The position numbers and the translations under genes are program-made. Below the pieces are notes generated by a model. The model was not told the origin of the DNA. It ran no database searches and saw only the letters and a program-made list of their open reading frames with translations. Positions 1 to 8,158 of a DNA stretch of 64,000 bases are shown one piece after another. The stretch is from a virus, in IMG/VR virus record IMGVR_UViG_3300045988_112496, positions 1 to 64,000 of that record; one strand, written 5' to 3'. Each line of letters opens with the position of its first letter. The stretch's first letter is position 1.

Positions 1-240
1 TGATGGTATATTGATGGATATAGGGAAGGGGTTGGTATAGGTACCACTTTAGAAAATTGGAGGCTCCATACAGTCCGGTAGTTATTATCTGTATATTATT
101 ATACCAATAGGCCATTAGGAGACTAGCAGGCTTTTATACCAATGCCTATAATGCCCGGAGGGCCCTGTATAGAGACATCGAGAACTAAGGCCTAAGGTAA
201 GCCTATGCCAAGTCCAATGATGGCCTACTGAGATAGGACA

Positions 241-274
241 TAAGAAAAGCCCAGTACCTAAGATAGGCTGGGCT
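241..274 (-). terminator. intrinsic terminator
   Basis: Stem AGCCCAG/CTGGGCT (248-254 / 268-274) followed on the minus strand by TTTTCTT. Confidence 0.7.
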
Positions 275-297
275 TATAAGGTAACATAGTTAGCGAT

Positions 298-654
298 TTA
301 GGATTCTCCTATGATAGTAATATATAAAGAGCCCATGTTATAGGTAGCCATAGGCATAGGTTGGGAATCATCCTGAGCAAGTAGTTCTGCTTCGTTTAGT
401 ATAGATTTTATTTGGGTATCTGTAAGAGCTTTGTTAGTTTGGGTATAATAGAAATTATGTATTGCTATGTCTTCGTTAAACTTGGAAGCCGAGTACCCTG
501 ATAAGGTAAAGCCTGGTATGAATATATCCAAGCTATTGATAAGATTCGCAAGGTATTCATAGATAGCCTGAGAATTAATTTCTGGGTCAATGTTTAAGGT
601 TGCATTTTGTTTAGTGAACCAGGTTGGGATTAATTTTGCTTTAATTGTTTTCAT
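298..654 (-). CDS. hypothetical early protein (118 aa)
   Basis: ORF 298..720 trimmed to the internal ATG at 654 (MKTIKAKL...), because 683-714 carries the -7/-33 promoter boxes. Terminator hairpin lies just downstream at 241-274. Confidence 0.6.
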   Translation of the reverse strand: MKTIKAKLIPTWFTKQNATLNIDPEINSQAIYEYLANLINSLDIFIPGFTLSGYSASKFNEDIAIHNFYYTQTNKALTDTQIKSILNEAELLAQDDSQPMPMATYNMGSLYITIIGES

Positions 655-682
655 ATCTATATAAATTTTAATTAGTACATTG

Positions 683-714
683 CAAATATAGATATTATAT
701 TTTAAATATGCAAA
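683..714 (-). promoter_or_regulatory. Bacteroidota-type promoter: -33 TTTG (711-714), 20-nt spacer, -7 TATATTTG (683-690)
   Basis: Minus strand reads GGATTTGCATATTTAAAATATAATATCTATATTTGCAATG, 29 nt before the ATG at 654. Confidence 0.7.
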
Positions 715-935
715 TCCCAATCTATTTTTATTAATCTTACTGAGGCCATTAATGGATAATGTCTTATAGCTCTAATACTCTAAATACGTATCTCTCTATC
801 AATACTCTCTCAAAAGAAGTATCTCTTCTAGAGCTTTAAAGTTTCTTTTTAATAAACTACAAGGGCCATTAATGGTATACTTACTAGTTTTAGGTACCTT
901 GAATGGCCTAAATCCTATTGCCTATTTATCTAAAA

Positions 936-1081
936 AGGTACCCCAAATTTAATAAATCCGAGAGCCATGAATGGTATATTAATTACCTTAATCCTAATAA
1001 ATCCTAACCAATATCTATATATAATATACTAATATAAAGGGCCATTAGGGGTCTAGGATTAAGGGGATTTAGGTACCCCAA
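936..1081. repeat. family C motif AGGTACCCCAA (two copies) plus further GGTACC palindromes
   Basis: AGGTACCCCAA at 936-946 and 1071-1081. GGTACC also at 40-45 and 893-898. Confidence 0.55.
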
Positions 1082-1331
1082 TAGGCTATTATTAGGAGCC
1101 TTTTAGGCAATGGGTTATAATGACCTAAGGCTATGAGACATATGTGTTAGATAGCTATAGAGTATAGTGGTTGTATAGTAGAAAGCCTCTGCCAGATCCC
1201 CTACCTCAAATTTTTCCGACCCCCGGAAGGCCCCAAAAGTAGATTGTATTATGTATATTGATTAGTATTATATTAGGTTGAAGGTTATATGTACCTTAGA
1301 TAAGTGTAGGTATATTATGTTACATAGTTAG

Positions 1332-1377
1332 GCCCAGTATGATTTTGTATTATATGTTCATACTGGGCTTTATTTGG
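1332..1377. terminator. 11-bp stem-loop with a T-tract on the plus side
   Basis: GCCCAGTATGA...TCATACTGGGC then TTTATTTGG on the plus strand. Shares GCCCAGTA with hairpin 248-274. Orientation and function uncertain. Confidence 0.35.
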
Positions 1378-1403
1378 TTATTTGTTTTGTTTGGGGTGGG
1401 TTG

Positions 1404-1592
1404 TTAGTAGGTTGGTATCCTTAGGATTAAGGTCTCTAATAGGATTAATAGGATTATCTGTAGGCTCTGTAAGGTTATGTATATGTATTTTTGTTTGTTG
1501 GTGGGGCTTGGTATTTGATGGTACCTCTTGCTTCTGTGTATTAGGCTTAATGAGGTATATATTATTAAGGATATGAGTAGTAGGATTTTCAT
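1404..1592 (-). CDS. questionable small hydrophobic ORF (62 aa)
   Basis: ATGA overlap with the upstream small ORF. However, its Leu/Ile-rich sequence is largely the translation of TAGGATTA repeats (1422-1456), so it may be non-coding. Confidence 0.2.
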   Translation of the reverse strand: MKILLLISLIIYTSLSLIHRSKRYHQIPSPTNKQKYIYITLQSLQIILLILLETLILRIPTY

Positions 1593-1753
1593 TTCTGTTT
1601 GGATTTTAATTTGTTTTGGGTACGTAGGTGCTTGTTGAAGGTTGCACCTGAATCTGTGTAGTAATTAGGATTTGGTTTACCTGGAGTAGGAAAGTGTTCA
1701 TTCCATTTATCCTGGTGAGGTATGTATACTTGGTTCTTGGATTTCTTTTTCAT
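1589..1753 (-). CDS. small ORF (54 aa, MKKKSKNQVYIPHQDKWNEHF...), not in ORF track
   Basis: Hand-translated. ATGA start/stop overlaps at both ends (1750-1753 and 1589-1592) suggest translational coupling. Confidence 0.4.
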   Translation of the reverse strand: MKKKSKNQVYIPHQDKWNEHFPTPGKPNPNYYTDSGATFNKHLRTQNKLKSKQK

Positions 1754-2007
1754 TTTGTTTCTCTGTTTAGTAGGGTATTTTTGAATCCAATTGGTATAAG
1801 CTCTTGGGTTTCTATGGTTACGGAGTCGAAGTAATTCTTTATACCTTTTATGTTTTTGAATTGTAATACTCCTCCATCGCCATAGGTAGCATTTACTTGG
1901 TTTATAAGGTCCTGATAAGCCTTGTCTTGATTATCTTCTAGTGAATGGTATATGTTTTCTACTTGGTTACCCTCTATGATTATTAAGGTTGTGATTTTTA
2001 GTTTCAT
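1750..2007 (-). CDS. hypothetical protein (85 aa)
   Basis: Minus-strand ORF with a 4-nt overlap with the upstream gene. Confidence 0.6.
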   Translation of the reverse strand: MKLKITTLIIIEGNQVENIYHSLEDNQDKAYQDLINQVNATYGDGGVLQFKNIKGIKNYFDSVTIETQELIPIGFKNTLLNRETK

Positions 2008-2267
2008 TTTCCGTAATGTTTTAGTTCTTGGTTATACTCTGGGTATTTGTTCTCGTAGTAGTCATAGAGATATTGATATTCGTCATCTCCTGACCAGCAG
2101 TCGAGGAAGTAATCGTATTGGTCCTCGGTTGCTTGGGATGGGTGTATATGCAATGTATACTTGCAGTAGTGTTCCCATACTGTTTTAGGTTGGAATTTAT
2201 TAGTTGGGAACGCCATGACTACTAGAGCCATAGCAATTGATGTTAGGATTATAAGTTTTGTTCTCAT
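2004..2267 (-). CDS. hypothetical protein with N-terminal signal/TM segment (87 aa)
   Basis: Hydrophobic N-terminus MRTKLIILTSIAMALVVMAF. Tiles with neighbours. Confidence 0.6.
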   Translation of the reverse strand: MRTKLIILTSIAMALVVMAFPTNKFQPKTVWEHYCKYTLHIHPSQATEDQYDYFLDCWSGDDEYQYLYDYYENKYPEYNQELKHYGK

Positions 2268-2271
2268 TTGA

Positions 2272-2811
2272 TTATAGGTTATTGAGTTTCATTGATAATA
2301 AATCGGATTGGAGTTTCAGAGGTTCTGAATAAAGGTTATCGGTGTCATTGTAGAGATTTTCGTAATATTCAATGAATTCGCAATGTTCTTCTTCGTTGAA
2401 GTTATCTATGTAGAATCTAAGTTGTTCCATGATTCTTGGTCGGTATTCCTTCATGGCATCGGTACCAAGGATTGATACACCGTATAGTACCATGTCCAGT
2501 TCATCGATATTATAATCGAAGTATTGGTCATCCCCTCCAGCAAGTAAATTCATTTGGTCAAGGATAGCATTTATGTCCTTGATAAGAGATTCTTTGTCAT
2601 TGTAAGCATATAACCAGAAGATACCAGTTAGTCCTTGGTTTTCTAGGATTTCGTAATTGGTATCTTCTTCGTTTTCGATATTGATTTCGAATTCCTGTGA
2701 AGCATGTTTCATTGGCATTTGGCCTTGGAGTGATACAATGTGTAAAGGATTCATTTTGATTGCCTTAAGTAATACGGCAGATGATGCGATTTCGATAGGA
2801 GTTGTTTTCAT
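2272..2811 (-). CDS. hypothetical acidic early protein (179 aa)
   Basis: Long minus-strand ORF, strongly Asp/Glu-rich. Confidence 0.7.
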   Translation of the reverse strand: MKTTPIEIASSAVLLKAIKMNPLHIVSLQGQMPMKHASQEFEINIENEEDTNYEILENQGLTGIFWLYAYNDKESLIKDINAILDQMNLLAGGDDQYFDYNIDELDMVLYGVSILGTDAMKEYRPRIMEQLRFYIDNFNEEEHCEFIEYYENLYNDTDNLYSEPLKLQSDLLSMKLNNL

Positions 2812-2829
2812 AATGTTATAATGTTTTGT

Positions 2830-2851
2830 GGGAGGGTTTGTATTCCCTCCC
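2830..2851 (-). terminator. GC-rich stem-loop after gene 2862..3104
   Basis: GGGAGGG-tttgtatt-CCCTCCC. No clear U-tract. Confidence 0.4.
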
Positions 2852-2861
2852 GGATTAGTAA

Positions 2862-3104
2862 TTAAATTTCGTTAGCGATTCGATGATTGAATTTGTCTTG
2901 GTCTTCGTTAGATGGCCAGTCCATGATTTCCTCCATGTATGATACTATGTAATCGTAGAGTTGATTGTCTTCCGGATTGTTTTGTCCGTTACGAAGGATT
3001 TCTTGTTCGCATTCCCGTAGGATTTGGTCATAATGATAAGCAAATATTGTTTGTAAACGTTTTGCAGTACCAGTTCGTTTTTGGAGGATTTCTAATGTTG
3101 TCAT
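2862..3104 (-). CDS. hypothetical protein (80 aa)
   Basis: ORF downstream of promoter 3167-3198. GC stem-loop follows at 2830-2851. Confidence 0.6.
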   Translation of the reverse strand: MTTLEILQKRTGTAKRLQTIFAYHYDQILRECEQEILRNGQNNPEDNQLYDYIVSYMEEIMDWPSNEDQDKFNHRIANEI

Positions 3105-3166
3105 AATGTTAATGTTAATGACCTTGGTTGAGGTCGGTTAATAATATTATTTTATTTTTCACATTG

Positions 3167-3198
3167 CAAATATACTTATAATTATATTAATGTGCAAT
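3167..3198 (-). promoter_or_regulatory. Bacteroidota-type promoter: -33 aTTG, 20-nt spacer, -7 TATATTTG
   Basis: AATTGCACATTAATATAATTATAAGTATATTTGCAATG on the minus strand. Confidence 0.6.
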
Positions 3199-3216
3199 TA
3201 TATTATAACTTATATA

Positions 3217-3585
3217 TTAACCTTCTGAGGCCCCTAAATTCAACCTTGAAAGCCTTTCAATCTCATTAATATTGGCCATATACTCATCCATATTGGTGCA
3301 GTGTAGTACGTTGGTGGCAAGTATCCATTTGATATGATATTTAATTCCTTCCTCGTATCCTTGGTCATTATTAAGGAATTTTGCAAGTTCGATTCGGTCA
3401 GCAGAGTATATGAGAGTTATTTCTTGAGAATAAGATGCCTCACGTTCGCATTGTAGTGAGCGATAAATATCTGTATTATCTGTCACTGTAGCCATAAGTT
3501 CATAAAAGAATAATATCTGATTGATAGGTATATTGGCTACCCATTCCCATCCGATTGGGTATTGGTTGTTAAGTATCTGTATCAT
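3217..3585 (-). CDS. hypothetical protein (122 aa)
   Basis: Minus-strand ORF with a 1-nt overlap with the upstream gene. Confidence 0.65.
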   Translation of the reverse strand: MIQILNNQYPIGWEWVANIPINQILFFYELMATVTDNTDIYRSLQCEREASYSQEITLIYSADRIELAKFLNNDQGYEEGIKYHIKWILATNVLHCTNMDEYMANINEIERLSRLNLGASEG

Positions 3586-3833
3586 TATTCTAAAGGTATT
3601 AAGTCTATGATTTGAATATCTGTATAAGGCATTCTTAGAAGTTCCCTGAGAAGTTGCTTAGTTAGGTATACGTGCAAATGGTTAGGATTAAGCTGAACTG
3701 CTGGATAACGTAGGTACGGAGTTAGCTCCTCAGTCCTGTAGGTTATAATCAGTTCTTCGCAAAATTTTAATTCCTGTACATCGAAGGACACTAAGAATTT
3801 TCTTTGTTCTAGCATATTAATAGTATTAAGCAA
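3585..3833 (-). CDS. hypothetical protein (82 aa)
   Basis: Minus-strand ORF. Confidence 0.6.
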   Translation of the reverse strand: MLNTINMLEQRKFLVSFDVQELKFCEELIITYRTEELTPYLRYPAVQLNPNHLHVYLTKQLLRELLRMPYTDIQIIDLIPLE

Positions 3834-3873
3834 TGAGTATTCTCATAAGTTAAAGGTTCTTTGCTAGTAGGCT

Positions 3874-3908
3874 GGGAGGATGCACCCATTATTAGGATAA
3901 TTCCTCCC
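3874..3908 (-). terminator. stem-loop after gene 3930..4253
   Basis: GGGAGGA...TCCTCCC with a 21-nt loop. Confidence 0.35.
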
Positions 3909-3929
3909 ATGACCAAGATAAGTATAATA

Positions 3930-4253
3930 TTAGGCTTCATTTGATTGTGAATATGAATCCCATAGGTCCTCGAAGAAATAGGATAATGTATCATCCCATG
4001 AATCGTATCCATCCAGGTTGTATTCGCTTACGAATAACATCATTAGGTCTCCGAAGAATAATTGAAAGACTAATCGTTCCAGTTCTTCTTCCCGTTTGCA
4101 GAGTCGGTTATATTCTTCGTCTGTAAATTTAATATCGTCATTCTCATATAGGTCTTCGCCTATTTTGTGAAGTTCCTGAATATAGGTGTTCAGTTTGTTA
4201 AAGTCCTCCTCTGAGTGAGTTTCCTTAAATTTATTATAAAGTTCTGTTGCCAT
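3930..4253 (-). CDS. hypothetical acidic protein (107 aa)
   Basis: Minus-strand ORF followed by stem-loop 3874-3908. Confidence 0.65.
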   Translation of the reverse strand: MATELYNKFKETHSEEDFNKLNTYIQELHKIGEDLYENDDIKFTDEEYNRLCKREEELERLVFQLFFGDLMMLFVSEYNLDGYDSWDDTLSYFFEDLWDSYSQSNEA

Positions 4254-4255
4254 AG

Positions 4256-4633
4256 TTATTTCTTTGTTAAAGGTTGAGCAATTACTGATATAAATCCCTC
4301 AGGGTATTGGGTATAGAAGAATTGATACCCAGGTTCATGATTAGGCAAGAATACATCAAAGATATTCTTGAGCAATGGGTATAGTTTCCATTGATATTCC
4401 TCAAGGAAAGTATTCCAAGCAGCAATTTCCTCTTCGGTATTATAATTAGCCGATAGTTGAATGTGGAATTTGTCTGCCTCAGGTACAAATAAGTTAGTGA
4501 CTACCTCAATCTCGTTGGATTCCTTTTTGTATTGGGTAATTGGATGCCAAATACCTTCGTTTTTCCATTGATTGAGCTGGAATATGGTCATCCCAGATTC
4601 AAGTAAGTTGGTAAGTTTGTAAATGTTAACCAT
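4256..4633 (-). CDS. hypothetical protein (125 aa)
   Basis: ORF downstream of promoter 4679-4710. Confidence 0.7.
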   Translation of the reverse strand: MVNIYKLTNLLESGMTIFQLNQWKNEGIWHPITQYKKESNEIEVVTNLFVPEADKFHIQLSANYNTEEEIAAWNTFLEEYQWKLYPLLKNIFDVFLPNHEPGYQFFYTQYPEGFISVIAQPLTKK

Positions 4634-4678
4634 GTTGTTGTCTATTTTAAAATGAATAATATATTTTATATCACACTA

Positions 4679-4710
4679 CAAATATAAGAAATAATTAAAT
4701 AATATGCAAA
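4679..4710 (-). promoter_or_regulatory. Bacteroidota-type promoter: -33 TTTG, 20-nt spacer, -7 TATATTTG
   Basis: CCTCAGTTATATTTGCATATTATTTAATTATTTCTTATATTTGTAG on the minus strand. Confidence 0.7.
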
Positions 4711-4722
4711 TATAACTGAGGA

Positions 4723-4758
4723 AAGGGTAGGCTCTGTGTAAGTTAGAGTCCTACCCTT
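4723..4758 (-). terminator. long stem-loop after gene 4779..5177
   Basis: AAGGGTAGGCTCT...AGAGTCCTACCCTT. CCTCAG follows on the minus strand. Confidence 0.6.
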
Positions 4759-4778
4759 AAAGATATGAAAACAACTGG

Positions 4779-5177
4779 TTAATGTTCCGATATAGCTATA
4801 TCTTCTAATAATCTATTAAGGATTTCAACTTTCTGTTCTTCTGATAGGCCATTAAGGGATTTCGAGATATTCTCTTTTATTACCTCTCCAAGAAATCTTT
4901 GATAAGAGATTACCATAGTTGAAGCATTTATAGAGACAGGTATAAGTATATTCATCTGAGTCCTATGGTCTTCAATTTGGTCTAATAAATTGGCAAGCTC
5001 TTCTTTATGGTCTATTGAATGTTTGACAATAAGTTTACATACTCTTTCTTGACTGGTGGGCGAATCTTCATCGATGAGGTTTAGTATGGTATTATATGTA
5101 TCCATATCTACCTCTAAGGGCATACCCATAAGTTGAGGCTTAGGCCCTGGATTCATAATTTCAATTATAATTCTCAT
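4779..5177 (-). CDS. hypothetical protein (132 aa)
   Basis: Minus-strand ORF followed by hairpin 4723-4758. Confidence 0.7.
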   Translation of the reverse strand: MRIIIEIMNPGPKPQLMGMPLEVDMDTYNTILNLIDEDSPTSQERVCKLIVKHSIDHKEELANLLDQIEDHRTQMNILIPVSINASTMVISYQRFLGEVIKENISKSLNGLSEEQKVEILNRLLEDIAISEH

Positions 5178-5356
5178 AGTTCTACTTCTCCTATTCCGTT
5201 AGCAAGTAAATAATCGTAGTACAAGTGTACGTTAGTATCTCCGTAAGTCCTAATATAGGATTCAGCATCCTCTGGGTCTGCTGAGACCCAGGGATATTCT
5301 TGTATTTGAGCTTGATGTAGCTGTTGAGCTAATTCTCTGATTTCTTCTTCGTTCAT
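5174..5356 (-). CDS. hypothetical protein (60 aa)
   Basis: 4-nt overlaps on both sides. Confidence 0.55.
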   Translation of the reverse strand: MNEEEIRELAQQLHQAQIQEYPWVSADPEDAESYIRTYGDTNVHLYYDYLLANGIGEVEL

Positions 5357-5529
5357 AGTTTGTATTCCTCCCGTACTTCTTTATCTGTTAATAGAGCGTT
5401 AATGATTTTGGATTTTGACCACTTCGGTCCAAACCCTATGCAAACCAGGTTTTTGTTATGAGGAACGAATAATGTATACCGTCCCTGTTTTTGAAGGTCT
5501 GATTTGAGTTTCCTATAATTTATACTCAT
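5353..5529 (-). CDS. small ORF (58 aa, MSINYRKLKSDLQKQGRYTLFVPHNKNLVCIGFGPKW...), not in ORF track
   Basis: Hand-translated. Fills the 5357-5525 gap exactly, with ATGA overlaps at both ends. Confidence 0.55.
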   Translation of the reverse strand: MSINYRKLKSDLQKQGRYTLFVPHNKNLVCIGFGPKWSKSKIINALLTDKEVREEYKL

Positions 5530-5906
5530 GATATTCTGAAGTTAAATTGGTATACCCATTTGTTTCTATCCATCGAGGTGAATGATATAAAAATACCATC
5601 TCCATCAGTAAAGTTTTGCATAAATCGTATGCAACCATCAGCTATTATACCTTCCCTTTGTCTGTCTACCGTAATAGCACTTTCAAAGGTAAAAGTATAA
5701 TAGCAAGTTTCATATACCCAGATTTGATTGATATCAATGCAAGCAAGGTGATAGTTATCGTATAACCTACTGAGTAAATCGAATAGGTTATCCTTCAGGT
5801 TTTCCTTTTCCTCCTCTGTAAGAGTAAAAGTATTCTTCTTAGAAAGAAATTCATTAAGTACTTCTTCCAAGTTCTGGATAGAAGATTTGGTAGCTGTTGT
5901 TTTCAT
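5526..5906 (-). CDS. hypothetical protein (126 aa)
   Basis: ORF downstream of the -7 box at 5933-5940. Confidence 0.7.
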   Translation of the reverse strand: MKTTATKSSIQNLEEVLNEFLSKKNTFTLTEEEKENLKDNLFDLLSRLYDNYHLACIDINQIWVYETCYYTFTFESAITVDRQREGIIADGCIRFMQNFTDGDGIFISFTSMDRNKWVYQFNFRIS

Positions 5907-5932
5907 ATTTTTATTGTTTAATTATTACACTA

Positions 5933-5940
5933 CAAATATA
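5933..5940 (-). promoter_or_regulatory. -7 box TATATTTG (no clear -33)
   Basis: TTCTTATATTTGTAGTG, 27 nt upstream of the ATG at 5906. Confidence 0.5.
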
Positions 5941-6008
5941 AGAATTTTATTTTAAATATTATCTTTTTCATGCAATTATTTTAATATAGCTGAGGTTCTA
6001 CACACAAG

Positions 6009-6035
6009 AAAGGGTAGTATGTTAGACTACCCTTT
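6009..6035 (-). terminator. stem-loop after gene 6040..6480
   Basis: AAAGGGTAGT-atgttag-ACTACCCTTT. Confidence 0.55.
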
Positions 6036-6039
6036 TCAA

Positions 6040-6480
6040 TTATTGTGATAAGAAGGTTTTCTTCCTTGCTTTCTTGGGATAGGGTTTTACTTCCCGGGTA
6101 ACTTCTTGTTTGTAGAAGGCATCGATGTTATTATGAATCATCTCAAGAGTTTCTTCATTTAGGGAATCCTTTGAGCTATCCAAAAGGTCTCGGATGTTTT
6201 CCCAAAGGTCACTTGAAAGATGGGTTAAGATTGCCTCCTTAACATTTTGTTCTGGTTCAAATTTGATGGCAACGGTTACATGGTCAATAACATCGCCTTC
6301 TGTTAATAGGTTTTTGAGACGAGAGATATCATCTGGCCCATTCATTGAGTAATCCAGGAATCTTGCGATGGACATATCGCCTCTCATTAATTGAGAAGCA
6401 TGTTCTGTTGAGATTTCAAATTCTTCTATCCCAAACATGGAGTTTTCGTTATCCTCCGAGGTAAAAACGATTTTTAGCAT
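6040..6480 (-). CDS. hypothetical acidic protein (146 aa)
   Basis: Minus-strand ORF followed by hairpin 6009-6035. Confidence 0.7.
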   Translation of the reverse strand: MLKIVFTSEDNENSMFGIEEFEISTEHASQLMRGDMSIARFLDYSMNGPDDISRLKNLLTEGDVIDHVTVAIKFEPEQNVKEAILTHLSSDLWENIRDLLDSSKDSLNEETLEMIHNNIDAFYKQEVTREVKPYPKKARKKTFLSQ

Positions 6481-6782
6481 GGTACAATTTCGATTAGAGT
6501 TTTAATACATTCAGAAGTATCTGCCATAGGTATATGTTGTTCAATCATCTGTAGACCTCCTTCATAGGTTTCTACATAGTCAATGTAAATTGAATCGATT
6601 TGCTTAATGGCATAGATTAAAGCTTCCGGGTTAATAGTTGATTCATCGGAAATTCGATTTGCTATTCGATATATCCGAGTAAGAGCATCAAGTACACCCT
6701 GCATATCAGGGTCTTCTTCTTGAATAGGAATACGTCTAATGACTCCTCTTGTTTCGATGGTTAAGTAATACGAGGTTTGCAT
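6474..6782 (-). CDS. hypothetical protein (102 aa)
   Basis: ORF downstream of promoter 6817-6847. Confidence 0.65.
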   Translation of the reverse strand: MQTSYYLTIETRGVIRRIPIQEEDPDMQGVLDALTRIYRIANRISDESTINPEALIYAIKQIDSIYIDYVETYEGGLQMIEQHIPMADTSECIKTLIEIVPC

Positions 6783-6816
6783 AGTTTATAATTTTAATAG
6801 ATTATTAATTCATTTA

Positions 6817-6847
6817 CAAATATAAATATAATACTTTAATCTGCAAA
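6817..6847 (-). promoter_or_regulatory. Bacteroidota-type promoter: -33 TTTG, 19-nt spacer, -7 TATATTTG
   Basis: CTTTTGCAGATTAAAGTATTATATTTATATTTGTAAATG. Confidence 0.7.
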
Positions 6848-6870
6848 AGAATTAATAATCTATTTATAAA

Positions 6871-7191
6871 TTACTGAGGTAGAGCTCGGAATCGGTTTAA
6901 GTCCCAGTCGTACTTTCTGTCTCCTTTACTTGTAAATACCCAAAGATAATGATTGGTATATTCCTTGGCTATTGGGTTAAAGTGAGAAGTTTGAAGAATG
7001 ATACGATTAGGCTCATACTCAATTAATTCGGCATGTACCTTGTTCACTTTAGTCTGGCTATCTAATTTAGCCTTGAAATCTTTGATAAACTCTTCTCGAT
7101 TCACTCCATAATTATCTCCAACGAATTGGATATAATCTTCGAGTACTTGTGATAACATAGTGGATACCGCGAATCTAAACTTATTGTTCAT
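6871..7191 (-). CDS. hypothetical protein (106 aa)
   Basis: Minus-strand ORF. The last two codons are CCT CAG. Confidence 0.65.
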   Translation of the reverse strand: MNNKFRFAVSTMLSQVLEDYIQFVGDNYGVNREEFIKDFKAKLDSQTKVNKVHAELIEYEPNRIILQTSHFNPIAKEYTNHYLWVFTSKGDRKYDWDLNRFRALPQ

Positions 7192-7864
7192 CTCTTTTAT
7201 TTTTAAGGGTTAATAATTTCTCTTTGAGTTCCTCTCCACATCGTTCAATTATATTATTGACTACTACTAAACAATCTTCATCGGCGAATGACATAATTAT
7301 ATCCATACATTCATCAAAGTAATTCTTGATTGAATGTGGGTTATGCCAGAGTACATCCCAATTCTTACAATAGTTAAACCGAATGATATCAACATACTCA
7401 TTTACGGATACTTTACTATCTGGTAAATAGGGGTATACCTTTGAATACATCATCTTGAAGTTATCCTCAATCCATTCTGCCAATCTAAACTCTTTAGGAA
7501 GAGCCTCATAGTATGAATTATCCGGAAGGTAGAATTTATAAGCAAAGTCTTTGTCTGTTTGTAATTCAATTCCAGGATAGGATAAAGCAAATAATACCGG
7601 TATTTTGTATAATAATAGGTCTGGTACCTTATCATATATTTTATAATGGTCTTGGTATTCTTGATAGGCTTTAACATAAACTCTATCATCATAGATATGA
7701 AGTTCATTAAGTACCGTTTGAACTCTTAAGTGGAAATCATTTAAGACTCCATCGTTAATAACAACGTTATAAGAGTTTTCTAAACCCTCTAACTTTTGTA
7801 AATCAATAAGTCTTCGGCTTTTGATTACTCTTATCTTCTTTTTCTTCTTGAATAGGTTAAACAT
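7181..7864 (-). CDS. hypothetical protein (227 aa)
   Basis: Long minus-strand ORF. Confidence 0.75.
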   Translation of the reverse strand: MFNLFKKKKKIRVIKSRRLIDLQKLEGLENSYNVVINDGVLNDFHLRVQTVLNELHIYDDRVYVKAYQEYQDHYKIYDKVPDLLLYKIPVLFALSYPGIELQTDKDFAYKFYLPDNSYYEALPKEFRLAEWIEDNFKMMYSKVYPYLPDSKVSVNEYVDIIRFNYCKNWDVLWHNPHSIKNYFDECMDIIMSFADEDCLVVVNNIIERCGEELKEKLLTLKNKRDEQ

Positions 7865-7867
7865 AAG

Positions 7868-8083
7868 TTAAAATGTAAAGTTGATGTATACTATTTGAGA
7901 ACCTTTCATGAGTTTTTCATGATTGGTATCACTGAATTTAAAGCAAGAATATTTACCTGCTGAACGGTTGTATTCTCCTCTTACCCATACTGGAGCAGTA
8001 TCATTAGGTTTAAGTCTAAAATAAGTACCTTGATTAATGTCTTTAATCTTGGTTTTCTGATGTTCTTGGTTCATTGTTTCCAT
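7868..8083 (-). CDS. hypothetical protein (71 aa)
   Basis: ORF 7868..8113 trimmed to the ATG at 8083 (METMNQ...), because the -7 box sits at 8111-8118. Confidence 0.6.
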   Translation of the reverse strand: METMNQEHQKTKIKDINQGTYFRLKPNDTAPVWVRGEYNRSAGKYSCFKFSDTNHEKLMKGSQIVYINFTF

Positions 8084-8110
8084 ATTTTTGTCTATTTTAA
8101 AATTGATATG

Positions 8111-8141
8111 CAAATATAATAATTATATTTTAATTTGCAAA
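8111..8141 (-). promoter_or_regulatory. Bacteroidota-type promoter: -33 TTTG, 19-nt spacer, -7 TATATTTG
   Basis: TTTTTGCAAATTAAAATATAATTATTATATTTGCATATC. Confidence 0.7.
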
Positions 8142-8158
8142 AACCCCTAATACACAAC

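Larger units (their letters stand above)
1..1051. repeat. family A iterated motif, core palindrome CCATTAATGG with flank (G)GCCATTAATGGTATA
   Basis: Perfect cores at 746-755 and 866-875. Variants at 965-974 (CCATGAATGG), 1042-1051 (CCATTAGGGG) and 110-119 (GGCCATTAGG). Reverse half-sites at 216-225 and 902-908. GATGGTATA / GATGGATAT at 2-21. Confidence 0.7.
911..1672. repeat. family B iterated motif TAGGATT(A)
   Basis: Forward copies at 1054, 1422, 1440, 1449 (the last two are tandem ATAGGATTA), 1581 and 1666. Reverse AATCCTA at 911, 990 and 1000. Nine copies in about 760 bp. Confidence 0.7.

Noticed and set aside
655-1400. tRNA or other structured RNA genes in the non-coding island.
   Set aside because: No T-loop (GGTTCGAAT-like) or cloverleaf-compatible arms were found by eye. 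The region is dominated by short direct or inverted repeats instead. This was not checked with tRNAscan or Infernal, so a small ncRNA ending at the 1332-1377 hairpin cannot be excluded.
1382-1576. Plus-strand ORF 1382..1576 (Gly/Leu/Val/Cys-rich).
   Set aside because: It is GT-rich repeat DNA (the TAGGATTA family) read in frame. It lies in the repeat region and lacks promoter or coupling signals.
3809-4012. ORF 3809..4012 (-) and 3941..4126 (+).
   Set aside because: They span the intergenic hairpin 3874-3908 and overlap the flanking, better-supported genes 3585..3833 and 3930..4253.
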